This document shows positions 19,801-29,349 of a stretch of 64,000 bases of DNA, one piece after another. Under the pieces are notes generated by a model. The model saw only the letters and a program-made list of their open reading frames with translations, was not told the origin of the DNA and searched no databases. The stretch lies in the NCBI GenBank assembly GCA_965216755.1, contig CBDCGL010000011.1, positions 1,568,001 to 1,632,000 of the forward strand, given 5' to 3'. A program made the position numbers and the translations under genes. How positions within the stretch are numbered: position 1 is the stretch's first letter; the number at the start of each line of letters is the position of its first letter. The DNA is from Alphaproteobacteria bacterium. GTDB lineage: Bacteria; Pseudomonadota; Alphaproteobacteria; UBA7887.

Positions 19801-20352
19801 ATGGCTGAGGTTCCACCGATTTGCGATTTTGGCTGGAAGGCTCCGGATTTTGAGCTTCCCGGAACCGATGGCAAACGTCACAGCTTGCAGGCCCTTCGCG
19901 GCTCTAAGGGCACTTTGATCGTCTTCATGTGCAATCACTGCCCGTACGTAAAGGCCATCCTGGAGAACCTAATTCGCGATGCCCGCGAACTTCAGGCGCA
20001 TGGCATCAACACCATTGCCATCAGCGCCAACGATCCGGAAAGCTATCCAGACGACAGTTTTGAAAACATGGCGCGGGTTGCAAACGAACGTGGGTTTCCG
20101 TTTCCTTATTTGTTCGACGAAACCCAAGACGTCGCGCGCGCCTATGACGCCGTATGTACGCCGGATTTCTTCGGCTTTAACGCCGACCTAGGACTGCAGT
20201 ATCGAGGCCGGCTGGACGAATCGAAAACGACGCGGGTGCCGAACGCGCGCCGAGAGCTGTTCGAAGCCATGGTTCAGGTGGCAGAGACCGGCAAGGGACC
20301 GACCGAGCAGGTCGCCAGCATGGGGTGCTCGATCAAGTGGAGGGCCAGCTAG
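19801..20352 (+). CDS. Thioredoxin-fold AhpC/TSA redoxin
   Basis: APDFEL, FMCNHCPYV, CTPDFF, YRGRLD and GCSIKW motifs. Confidence 0.92.
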   Translation: MAEVPPICDFGWKAPDFELPGTDGKRHSLQALRGSKGTLIVFMCNHCPYVKAILENLIRDARELQAHGINTIAISANDPESYPDDSFENMARVANERGFPFPYLFDETQDVARAYDAVCTPDFFGFNADLGLQYRGRLDESKTTRVPNARRELFEAMVQVAETGKGPTEQVASMGCSIKWRAS

Positions 20353-21452
20353 ACCCCGGTACGCGAGGATACTAATGCGATCGGCCGACGGCGCGCGCCC
20401 CAGCGCCCGGCCCGCCCGTCAAAAATGCCCGGGCAGCGGGTGGCGCACTGCGAGCACCGCCCTTCAACAGTCAAGGCCCAAGCGGTGAGCGTGTACCCGT
20501 CGCGACCGATCAGAAGTGTGCCACAATCGTGGCAGTAGGTGCTCTGCCCCGCCGCATCGTGAACATTGCCAACATAGGCGTGGCGCACACCGTTCGCGTG
20601 CGCGATGTCACGTGCGCGCAACAGGCTGTCCGGTGGCGTCGGCGGCACATCGATCATCTTCCAGTCTGGGTGAAACGCGGTGAAGTGAATCGGCACGTCC
20701 GGCCCCAGAGTCTCAACGACCCAACCGGTCATAGCATCGATCTCAGCCGGTGCGTCGTTACGAGTCGGGATTAACAACGTGGTCAGCTCAAGCCACACAT
20801 CCGTTTCATGCTTCACGTATTTGAGCGTATCCAAGACCGGGTCGAGACTCGCGGAACACAGCGATCGATAAAATTCATCAGAAAATCCCTTGAGATCGAC
20901 GTTTGCGGCATCGACATGATCGAAAAATACACGCCGCGCGGCCGAGCTTACGTAGCCAGCGGTGACAGCGACTGTCTTGATGCCGATGGCGTGACAGGCT
21001 TTGGCCACATCGACCGCGTATTCCAGGAAAATGACGGGATCGTTGTAAGTAAAGGCAACGCTGCGTACGTCATGGGCGCAAGCCGCCTGCGCGATCGTCT
21101 CAGGCATCGCGGCGGCCGCCAGCGTATCAAACGCGCGCGATTTCGAAATATCCCAGTTCTGACAAAACTTGCAGGTTAGATTGCAGCCGGCGGTGCCGAA
21201 TGAGAGTACCGGCGTGCCGGGCAAAAAGTGGTTCAGCGGCTTTTTCTCGATCGGATCGATGCAAAAACCGCTCGAACGCCCATATGCCGTCAAGACCATG
21301 CGTTCGCCGTCGCGGGCACGCACAAAGCACAAGCCCTTCTGTCCGTCATGCAATTTGCAATGACGGGGGCATAGATCGCACTGCATGCGCCCATCGTCGA
21401 GTCGATGCCAATAGCCGACCTCTATGCCACTTTTTGTCGCACTCTCCGTCAC
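20349..21452 (-). CDS. amrS: AmmeMemoRadiSam system radical SAM enzyme
   Basis: DPIEKKPL, CNLTCKFCQNW (CxxxCxxC), N- and C-terminal Cys clusters. Confidence 0.93.
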   Translation of the reverse strand: MTESATKSGIEVGYWHRLDDGRMQCDLCPRHCKLHDGQKGLCFVRARDGERMVLTAYGRSSGFCIDPIEKKPLNHFLPGTPVLSFGTAGCNLTCKFCQNWDISKSRAFDTLAAAAMPETIAQAACAHDVRSVAFTYNDPVIFLEYAVDVAKACHAIGIKTVAVTAGYVSSAARRVFFDHVDAANVDLKGFSDEFYRSLCSASLDPVLDTLKYVKHETDVWLELTTLLIPTRNDAPAEIDAMTGWVVETLGPDVPIHFTAFHPDWKMIDVPPTPPDSLLRARDIAHANGVRHAYVGNVHDAAGQSTYCHDCGTLLIGRDGYTLTAWALTVEGRCSQCATRCPGIFDGRAGRWGARRRPIALVSSRTGV

Positions 21453-21562
21453 AGCCGCATTGACCCTTAAATTGCATTGGCGAACCAGATTTCACCCCAA
21501 ATATAGTAAGGTAAGCATGAACAACGAGGGCGGACGGTGCAAATACCGCACGTACGGATAAG

Positions 21563-22360
21563 ATGATCATCCGACCGCCGGCTGTGGCGGGGCTGTTCTA
21601 TCCGGGTGACGCAGATTCGCTGCGCGCCGCGGTGGGAGAGTTGCTTGCCGATACCCAAGCAAGCCCTGTAAACGAAAGCCAAAGGCCGCCCAAAGCCATC
21701 ATCGCGCCGCACGCAGGCTATATCTATTCGGGCTCCATCGCGGCAGCAGCTTACGCGAAGCTTTGGACCATCGCGGCACGGGTGGAGCGCGTGGTGCTCA
21801 TTGGGCCCGCGCATCGCGTGCCGCTTCACGGTCTGGCAACGAGCGGCGCCGACAGCTTTGCCACGCCGTTGGGCACCATGCGCGTTGACCGTGAAGCGGT
21901 GGCCAATGTCGAGACTATCAGCGGGGTCGAGCAAAATGACCGCGCGCACCGCGACGAACACAGCCTCGAAGTCCAGTTGCCGTTCCTGCAGGTCGTACTC
22001 CCGGACGCAGCAATCATCCCCTTGCTGGTGGGCGATGCCCCAGCCGCGTTGACCGCGCATGTCCTCGAGAGGTCGTGGGGCGGCCCCGAAACAGTATTCG
22101 TCGTCAGCTCCGACTTGAGCCACTATCACACCTATGACGCGGCCGTCGCGCTGGACTCGTCAACAGCGGCCACAATCGTCGCCGGCAACGGCGCCGCCCT
22201 GGATGGCGCACGCGCGTGCGGTCATGCGGCAATCCAAGGCCTGTTGACGGCATCCAAACATCACGCTCTTAGCGCGGTCACTTTGTCGCTTGCAAATTCA
22301 GGGGATACAGCCGGTGACAAATCACGTGTGGTTGGTTATGGCGCATGGGCGTTGGCGTGA
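21563..22360 (+). CDS. amrB: AmmeMemoRadiSam protein B (MEMO1 family)
   Basis: RPPAVAGLFYP, PHAGYIYSG, EHSLEVQLPFLQ, SSDLSHY and VVGY motifs. Confidence 0.93.
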   Translation: MIIRPPAVAGLFYPGDADSLRAAVGELLADTQASPVNESQRPPKAIIAPHAGYIYSGSIAAAAYAKLWTIAARVERVVLIGPAHRVPLHGLATSGADSFATPLGTMRVDREAVANVETISGVEQNDRAHRDEHSLEVQLPFLQVVLPDAAIIPLLVGDAPAALTAHVLERSWGGPETVFVVSSDLSHYHTYDAAVALDSSTAATIVAGNGAALDGARACGHAAIQGLLTASKHHALSAVTLSLANSGDTAGDKSRVVGYGAWALA

Positions 22361-22980
22361 CCTCTCGCAACACTGAGCACGGAGCACCGGCGACTGAGCA
22401 TGCGGACACCATGTTGGCCGTCGCCGCACAATCCATCGCGCAAGGGCTCAACGAAAGTGGTCCCTTTGTTCCCGATCTCGCGCGCCTGCCGGCCGCTTTC
22501 AGCGAACGGCGAGCAACTTTTGTGACTCTCAAAACAAATCATGTCTTACGCGGCTGCGTCGGCACCGTAACAGCGTCTCAACCATTGGCGCACGATGTGG
22601 CCCGGAACGCACGCGGTGCGGCATTCGAAGACCCACGCTTTGTTCCGCTCGGCACGGACGAATGGCCGACGCTGTGGCTATCCATCGCGCTGTTGCGCAA
22701 ACCGGAGCGCCTTTACGTCAGCACGGAGGACGAGCTGTGTGACACGCTGCGCCCGCATGTCGATGGCTTGCATTTACAGTGGGGTGACAAACGTGCCTTT
22801 TTCTTGCCAGCTGTCTGGGAACATATGGCTGACGCCCATCAATTCGTAACCCAGCTCAAGGCCAAGGCTGACCTGGCGCTGGACCATTGGTCTTCGGACA
22901 TCCAATTGCAAAGAGTGACCGTCGAAACAATCGGACCGGCGCGCGCCGCTGCGATGGCGCCAATCTACGGTCAGGATTGA
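22357..22980 (+). CDS. amrA: AmmeMemoRadiSam protein A (AMMECR1 family)
   Basis: ATFVTL, LRGCVG, AFEDPRF, FLPAVWE and LKAKA motifs; GTGA overlap with amrB. Confidence 0.9.
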   Translation: MTSRNTEHGAPATEHADTMLAVAAQSIAQGLNESGPFVPDLARLPAAFSERRATFVTLKTNHVLRGCVGTVTASQPLAHDVARNARGAAFEDPRFVPLGTDEWPTLWLSIALLRKPERLYVSTEDELCDTLRPHVDGLHLQWGDKRAFFLPAVWEHMADAHQFVTQLKAKADLALDHWSSDIQLQRVTVETIGPARAAAMAPIYGQD

Positions 22981-23488
22981 TAACCACGAGATGATTGCTG
23001 CTAGAGCCGTGTCCAACAATATTGAATCAATTCTGTTCGCGACACAGTGTGGCGATCCACGCGAAGGGCGGCGCCGCCCGATGCTCGTGTCCCGAATCCG
23101 AAGTTCGTCACATCTGACCCCAGGCGCCGTACTATTCGTCAGGACATGAGCCGAATGTTTGGATCTCGTGCGGTTCACCGCACGCGCGCATCGAGCAAGC
23201 CGTCCGACCAATGTGATCATCGATTTGGATTCCCATTGCGGGGCAACCGCCGGTCGCGAACCCGCGGGGCCGGGCTCCAACCAATGCCCCGTTCCTTGGG
23301 GAAGAACGACCTGATCCGTGCAATCTGATCTTTGGTGAGCCAAAACAAGCGTGATTTGGGCGATCGTCCTTGCCGCAATGAATCTCAACAAATCCGTTAG
23401 GTGAAATCCGTTTTATAACCGGCGGCCGTGCGGACGAAGATTGCCGTCCAATGGCAAAATATACTTGTGTAAATTGAAGTTGAATCTC

Positions 23489-24037
23489 ATGACGCCCAAA
23501 CTTGAAGACTATTTGCAAGAGTTCGATGGAGTTGCCGTTTCTGTTGTGTCTGAAGCACGGGCTGCGTGCAGCAGTATGCCTGGTTATTTTGACGAGCTCA
23601 TACGCCTTTGTGCGGATCCGCGGCCTACCATTTCAATCGGAGCGACATGGATACTGAAGGCGGAATGCGACGATGGGAATTCATTTGGGCCGGCACTAAT
23701 TGATCGCTTGGTGCAGAGGCTGGATGATATTTCACCTTGGCAAGCCCAACTGCATATTTGTCAGTCGTTTGAGGCATTTGAGATTTCCGCAGAGCATGCA
23801 AAGAAGTTTTCTGGCTGGGCTGCGTCTCTTGCCAATCATTCGCGACCGTTATTGCGTGCGTGGAGCCTGCATCTTAGAGTAATCCTAAGTATTAGGTTTG
23901 AGGAATTCCGCCGCACCGCTGAAAACGCCTTACTGAAAGCGGAGGACGACGTAGCCGCGTCGGTGCGAGCCCGCGCGCGCAACCTACGAAAGCAACTGGC
24001 AAAGGAAGGAAAATCGGGACACAAGGCGCGGCAATAG
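23489..24037 (+). CDS. Hypothetical HEAT/ARM-like helical protein
   Basis: Helical repeats ending ASVRARAR; visibly lower GC than neighbours. Confidence 0.6.
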   Translation: MTPKLEDYLQEFDGVAVSVVSEARAACSSMPGYFDELIRLCADPRPTISIGATWILKAECDDGNSFGPALIDRLVQRLDDISPWQAQLHICQSFEAFEISAEHAKKFSGWAASLANHSRPLLRAWSLHLRVILSIRFEEFRRTAENALLKAEDDVAASVRARARNLRKQLAKEGKSGHKARQ

Positions 24038-24119
24038 AGAGGGTGAATCCCAACACAGACAGTCGCAATGGATTCAAAGCCGTCATCCGGCAAAAGCGGT
24101 CAGGTGATAGGTCCCGACC

Positions 24120-24536
24120 CTAGAGAAATTCCTCGTTGCCCAGGTGGTGTTCGGCGAACGACACCACCCGGCCGCTGTCGTCGATAAACGCAATTGAGTT
24201 ACCGTCTTTGCGGATCGCGTGACATGCGTTAACGAAACCAAACGTCTCCCATTCGTTGCAGACTTTGCCGTCCGCCGTGACCCACCACCGCCCGATCGCG
24301 TCCGTTCGTTCTGTCTTGGTCTCGATTTTGGCCCGTATCTGACCACTGGTTGAATAGAACGTCTTATATTTACTTTGATCCTTGGGCGTGAAACCGACCA
24401 AGGTGTTACCCGCCAGAAGCGCTTCCGCCTCCTCCGCGCTCAGCAAATCGGGTTGGGCCACCAACAGGTTCAAATTCGCGGTGACGCCATAAAACAAAGC
24501 GGCAGCCACGAACAATGTAGCCCGTCCATTTACCAT
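24120..24536 (-). CDS. Secreted small beta protein (DUF995-like)
   Basis: Signal peptide; LSAEE..LAGNT and GRWWV..GKVC pattern. Confidence 0.6.
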   Translation of the reverse strand: MVNGRATLFVAAALFYGVTANLNLLVAQPDLLSAEEAEALLAGNTLVGFTPKDQSKYKTFYSTSGQIRAKIETKTERTDAIGRWWVTADGKVCNEWETFGFVNACHAIRKDGNSIAFIDDSGRVVSFAEHHLGNEEFL

Positions 24537-24641
24537 CACTCGCGCCCTCACAATCACAATCGCGGCATTATGCGCAACTGCTGCTGGCCGGCAAGACCAC
24601 ACCGGCGCCCCATAGCTCTATAGCACGGAATACTGCAATAA

Positions 24642-25466
24642 ATGGGAGCACCTCCGGGCGCCGATATCGCCACGCGCCCGCCGCGCCCTAATTTCCCCTG
24701 GATGGACTTGAACAGCAGACAATGCGCTAGGTTTTGGCCTGTGGTTACGACTATGGCGGTCTTTTCCTTGGCTATTGTCGTCACCATCGACAGTGCCGAT
24801 GCCCTTGACCCGCGGTCGGTGGTCGCGACGGAGCTGCGTCTGCGCGATTGGTTGCACTTGCGGCCCGATGACCGCCAGATCTTTGTCGACGGATTTGCTC
24901 TAGGTTGGCATCGCACCCCACCCGCGGCACAGCCTGAGCCTGAGATTTCCGAGGAGCAAGCAGAGCAACCGGACGAACCCGTGGAGGACCCTGCCGTTGC
25001 GGTTGATACGGCAGTCACGATGTTTGACGGCCTGGATTTGGCGATCACGCGGCTAGCCAACGCGCCGCGCACCAGCGAAACGCGCCTGGCAACGGCGCTC
25101 GCCCGGGCGCAGATCTTGGGCCGCATGCATCACCCCAACCTGTCAACGGCCCAGTGGTTGGCCTTACCACACCGGCATAAGTTTATGTTATTACAAGGAA
25201 TTCAAGCAGGAACCTATGCTCGTGAAAGTTGGGAATCGCTGAATCGATCTCAAGCCAGTGCCGCCATCGACGATCGACTTGCCGTCGCCCGCCAGATGTT
25301 TAGGCCACCGCTCTCGGGCGACCCGATCATGATGATGTCATGGCTCGAGGACTCGGTGCACATCGTTGACGACGCCGAAGTTTCCTTCGTTGAAACAGTC
25401 AAATCCATCTCAGATCGAATGGCGACCAGCGGAGCGCTTCAAGCACCGGCGGCGCCATCCCAATAG
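24642..25466 (+). CDS. Hypothetical exported protein (true start probably later)
   Basis: Hydrophobic signal segment, acidic linker, two similar WLxL..G..G units. Confidence 0.55.
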   Translation: MGAPPGADIATRPPRPNFPWMDLNSRQCARFWPVVTTMAVFSLAIVVTIDSADALDPRSVVATELRLRDWLHLRPDDRQIFVDGFALGWHRTPPAAQPEPEISEEQAEQPDEPVEDPAVAVDTAVTMFDGLDLAITRLANAPRTSETRLATALARAQILGRMHHPNLSTAQWLALPHRHKFMLLQGIQAGTYARESWESLNRSQASAAIDDRLAVARQMFRPPLSGDPIMMMSWLEDSVHIVDDAEVSFVETVKSISDRMATSGALQAPAAPSQ

Positions 25467-25503
25467 CTGGTTCCGAACGGACTCACGCCTGGCGAGCAGA
25501 GAG

Positions 25504-25634
25504 AAGCGGAACCGGCGGGGAGCGGGGTGAATCGCCGGTTCCGCTTATGAGACGGTCCCGCACAGCCGCGGACACCACCCGCCTCTCGTAGAAACAGGGT
25601 CCGCGATTGCCGTCACAGGCGCAGTGACGGCGGT
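25504..25634. ncRNA. Candidate three-hairpin small RNA or bidirectional terminator
   Basis: Stems at 25504-17/25533-46 (14 bp perfect), 25567-73/25599-605 and 25609-16/25624-31. Confidence 0.4.
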
Positions 25635-25733
25635 CACAAGGCTCAGATATTTCCAATCATGGATGGTACTTAGCCGCATGGCATGGGCACGCAGGTCGCA
25701 TTTGCGACCAAGCACAACGACAGTATGGACGTG

Positions 25734-26453
25734 CTAACGGGTTGCTGCGCGCTGGTGGTCGCGGTCGAGGCGCTCGGACAACGCCTGAAGCTTGCCACGG
25801 TCCTTCAAGTACAAGGTTTTGCCCTTGCGTTCGACGATCTCGGCGCTCGTCAGTTGGCTGAGGACACGTGCGACAGTCTCACGGGTTGTGCTTGCTCGCC
25901 CCGCAATATCGGCTTGGGTCGGCATCGGGTAGATGGACCAGAAATTGGGCACGGCCGGATCGGGACCGGCCAAGCGTAAGAGCTCAACATACACCCTTTG
26001 CACGGCGCCTAGGGTGCTCAGATCCATGATCCGCTCGTCGCAGGCACGAATGACATTGGCCATGTTCTGCAATACCGCGAACGCGATACGCGCGTCTCGC
26101 GCCAGCAAGTCGCGGAACGTTGTCGGCGACACCGCCGCCAGCAGGCTGCGCTCGGACGCGGTCACACTGGCCGAACGTGGGGCGTCATCGATCGCTGACA
26201 GTTCGCCGAAATACGCACCCTCTGATACCATTGCCAATGAGATCTCGCGTCCGGACAACGAATAATTGGCGATTTGGACAGCGCCCTGGACGACGAAGAA
26301 GACGTCACGATTCTCACTATTGCGATCGAGAATTTGTTCGTTTCGCTCGTAGCGGCGCCACGTGGCGCGACGTTCGAGATCGCGCAGCTCCTCGACCGGC
26401 AATTCCGTTAATAGATTGATATTGTCGAGCTGGCCTGGCTTCGCCTCTTGCAC
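25734..26453 (-). CDS. Crp/Fnr family transcriptional regulator
   Basis: cNMP domain FGELSAID..RSA; HTH TQADIA..TTRETVARVL; GTG after AAGGAGG. Confidence 0.92.
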   Translation of the reverse strand: MQEAKPGQLDNINLLTELPVEELRDLERRATWRRYERNEQILDRNSENRDVFFVVQGAVQIANYSLSGREISLAMVSEGAYFGELSAIDDAPRSASVTASERSLLAAVSPTTFRDLLARDARIAFAVLQNMANVIRACDERIMDLSTLGAVQRVYVELLRLAGPDPAVPNFWSIYPMPTQADIAGRASTTRETVARVLSQLTSAEIVERKGKTLYLKDRGKLQALSERLDRDHQRAATR

Positions 26454-26477
26454 GACATCCTCCTTCGCCCGGCACAT

Positions 26478-27474
26478 TCACTCTGAATGCAGCCTATCCA
26501 GGAAAGAATTAGCCCGAATTCGCCCATCGCCCAGCGCCTGATTGCCGAAAATCGGGTGATGTGGGGGGCCGTCGACGAAGTCACGGACAACAGGCGAAAG
26601 CAGCGCGCGCCGCTGCCAGGTCAGCAATTGGAGATCCGGTTGATTCAAACAAGGTAATCTGGTCGTAATAGCTTCGGACGCCGTAATAATTTTGTCTTCG
26701 ATCGCCCAATAAACTGCCGTTTTCTTGCGTTCAATTTCTTGACGACTATCAAGAAAAATTCGCGACCTTTCCAAAACGCTTTGGTTTATCTTTTCTTTCT
26801 CCGCAAATTGTAGATTGACAAAGTCCACGTGGCAGCCTTGCGGTAACCGCCGACCGTTAAGGCTTCCGGGGTCTGCTAACAGGCTGTCAGACAAGTAACA
26901 AATGATATGCGCGCCGCGCGTGGCGCCTTCCAAATCGTCTGTCGAAGCCGCGCGCCGCCGTATTCGATTGAGATGTGTCGCCAGACGCGTCGCCATCAGG
27001 CGACCAGGCCAGGACATTGACCACCGGTCGCACGCTGCAATGCGCCTCAACCAAGACCGCTGCTTGTGGTCCGGAGCCCATTACCAAGAGTCGCTGGCAG
27101 TCCGGTCGCGCAAGATGGCGCGCGGCCAGAGCCGAAGTTCCGGCGAGCCGGCGGGCCCGCGGCGCCGGCCCATCGATCATAGAAAGCAGTCGGCCGGTTG
27201 ACCGCTCGAAGAGCAAGAACACCGCCATATGTCGCGCGAGGCCCCGCGACGTATTGGACGGGAAATCCGTGCTCACCATCACCCCTAGGTCGCGTTGCCC
27301 GCGCCAAGCCGGGCGCGCGACGAGGGTACCGTCAGCGGCGGCGCCATGATCGCCAAGTTCAAACCGAGCCGGGTCCGGCGCATCCGCGCCACCCCGATAG
27401 GTTTCGCGCAACCCCTCCACCAAACTGGCGAAATCGAGGTACTCTTCTAATTCTGCGGCGGTGATAATGCGCAT
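26478..27474 (-). pseudogene. Ornithine cyclodeaminase / mu-crystallin family, frameshifted and degenerate
   Basis: N half (SALAARHLAR, VMGSGPQA) lies in one frame; C half (DLEGATRGAHII, GCHVDFV, RIFLDS) lies in another, with the shift near 27000. Confidence 0.72.
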
Positions 27475-27578
27475 GGGGCGCCTTCGCGTGCGACACGGGG
27501 ATGGGTCCGCCCGGCACCCGATATTGCGGCGCCAGGATCCGACACGGTACAACGGCGGGTACACAATGGAAGGCGTTC

Positions 27579-28745
27579 ATGGCTGATTCCAAACGTCAAC
27601 ATGGTGGCGCGCGCTCCACCGACAGTGACACCGCCAAGTCGAGGCCGCTCCTGTTGACACCCGGCCCTTTGACCACGTCGGAGCAGACCAAGCGCGCCAT
27701 GTTGCGCGACTGGGGGTCGCGCGACGAGGCTTTTATTGCTTTGACAGCACGAGTCTGCCGCCGATTGCTCTCTGTTGTCGGTGCCGCCGATCAGTTTGCC
27801 TGTGTTCCAATCCAAGGCAGCGGAACATTCGCGGTGGAAGCCATGCTTGGCACTTTGGTTCCTGCCGCCGGCAAGCTCTTGGTCGCCGCCAACGGCGCGT
27901 ATGGCCGACGCATGGCGTTGATTGGCGAAAAACTCGGCCGCGCCGTTCGGGTCGTCGCGACGCCGGAAGCGGAGCCGGTACGCCCTAGTCTGATCGAACA
28001 AGCATTGAACGACGATCCAGCTATCAGTCACGTCGCAGTTGTGCATTGCGAAACCACGACCGGCCTGCTCAACCCCATAGCGGAGATCGCGCGCGTGATC
28101 GCGGCACAGGATCGTGCGCTGTTAATCGATGCCATGAGTAGCTTCGGAGGGCTACCGCTGAGCGCAGCCACAATGCCGTTTCAGGCAATTGCGGCTTCAG
28201 CGAATAAATGTTTGGAAGGTGTTCCCGGTGTCGGCTTCGTGATCGCCAGGCGCGCCGCATTGGAGAGTGCAACGGATACCGCCCCATCCCTGAGCCTGGA
28301 TTTGGCTGACCAATGGCAAGGATTGAAGGCAAATGGTCAATGGCGGTTTACACCCCCGACCCATGTGGTCGCCGCACTCGACGCGGCGCTCGATCAGTTG
28401 GACGCCGAAGGCGGCGTAGAAGGCCGCCGGCGCCGCTACGAAACGAATTGCCAACGCCTGATCGCCGGCATGAGAGCCGCAGGTTTCGTCCCCTTGTTAG
28501 AGCAGGATATCCAAGCGCCGATCATCGTGACATTCCGTCGACCGCGTGATCCAGCCTATGAGTTCGAAAGATTCTATGGTGCGCTCGGGCGACGCGGAAT
28601 TGCGATCTATCCGGGCAAGCTGACGGACCGAGAAACTTTTCGTATCGGCTGCATTGGTGATATCACAACTGCCGACATTGACCGCGCCGTCGCGGCTGTT
28701 GGCGCGGCAATGGCTGAACTAGGGATGCAATCGGGCGCGCCTTAG
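27579..28745 (+). CDS. phnW: 2-aminoethylphosphonate-pyruvate transaminase
   Basis: LLTPGPLTT, DWGSRD, HCETTTG, DAMSSFG, SANKCLEG, WRFTPPTH and IYPGK motifs. Confidence 0.92.
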   Translation: MADSKRQHGGARSTDSDTAKSRPLLLTPGPLTTSEQTKRAMLRDWGSRDEAFIALTARVCRRLLSVVGAADQFACVPIQGSGTFAVEAMLGTLVPAAGKLLVAANGAYGRRMALIGEKLGRAVRVVATPEAEPVRPSLIEQALNDDPAISHVAVVHCETTTGLLNPIAEIARVIAAQDRALLIDAMSSFGGLPLSAATMPFQAIAASANKCLEGVPGVGFVIARRAALESATDTAPSLSLDLADQWQGLKANGQWRFTPPTHVVAALDAALDQLDAEGGVEGRRRRYETNCQRLIAGMRAAGFVPLLEQDIQAPIIVTFRRPRDPAYEFERFYGALGRRGIAIYPGKLTDRETFRIGCIGDITTADIDRAVAAVGAAMAELGMQSGAP

Positions 28746-29122
28746 CTCACAGGGCCGCCGGCCTCTCGCCAAGCGGCGAAGCCGCCGGCTATATGGCAAA
28801 CATTGTCAATTCCCATATCGTCCAAGGTCTTCGCCGCCAAAGTCGAGCGTCCGCCCGAGGCGCAATAAAGCACCAACCGCTTGCCAGCCGAAAAAGCGGG
28901 ATTGTGCATGGGACTTTCGGCATCCGCTTGAAACTCCAAAAAACCCCGTGGCGCGGCCACAGAATTCGTAATTTGGCCGGCCTTCGCAGCCTCATCACTC
29001 TCGCGCACGTCGACAAACAAAACGTCGTCTCGACCGTGCAGTGCAATGGCCTCCTCGGCCGTGATCGTGTCAATGACCGCATCGGCCTCTGCCAACAACT
29101 GCTTGAATCCCTTTCCGGCCAT
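28742..29122 (-). CDS. Rhodanese-like sulfurtransferase
   Basis: VDVRE, PRGFLEF, CASGGRS and GGF.AW motifs. Confidence 0.9.
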   Translation of the reverse strand: MAGKGFKQLLAEADAVIDTITAEEAIALHGRDDVLFVDVRESDEAAKAGQITNSVAAPRGFLEFQADAESPMHNPAFSAGKRLVLYCASGGRSTLAAKTLDDMGIDNVCHIAGGFAAWREAGGPVS

Positions 29123-29349
29123 GTGCGCCTCCCCCAATCTACCCTCGGTTGATTTGTTGCGCGGGCATAGCCGGATGGACCACAAATGTCAACGCGGCAA
29201 CGACAACTAGCACAACCCGTCTGGCTATTCATTACCAGACGAAGCAACTAGTCCATCTGTGCTTTGATCGATCCGCTGGTTGCTCTGCCCGTGCACGACA
29301 TAACCGCTCCGACGACCACTTCGCATGCCACGAATTGCAAAGATGTACC

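Noticed and set aside
22981-23488. Possible IS or MITE remnant beginning CTAGAGCCGTGTCC
   Set aside because: No matching second end, TSD or transposase fragment could be identified by eye
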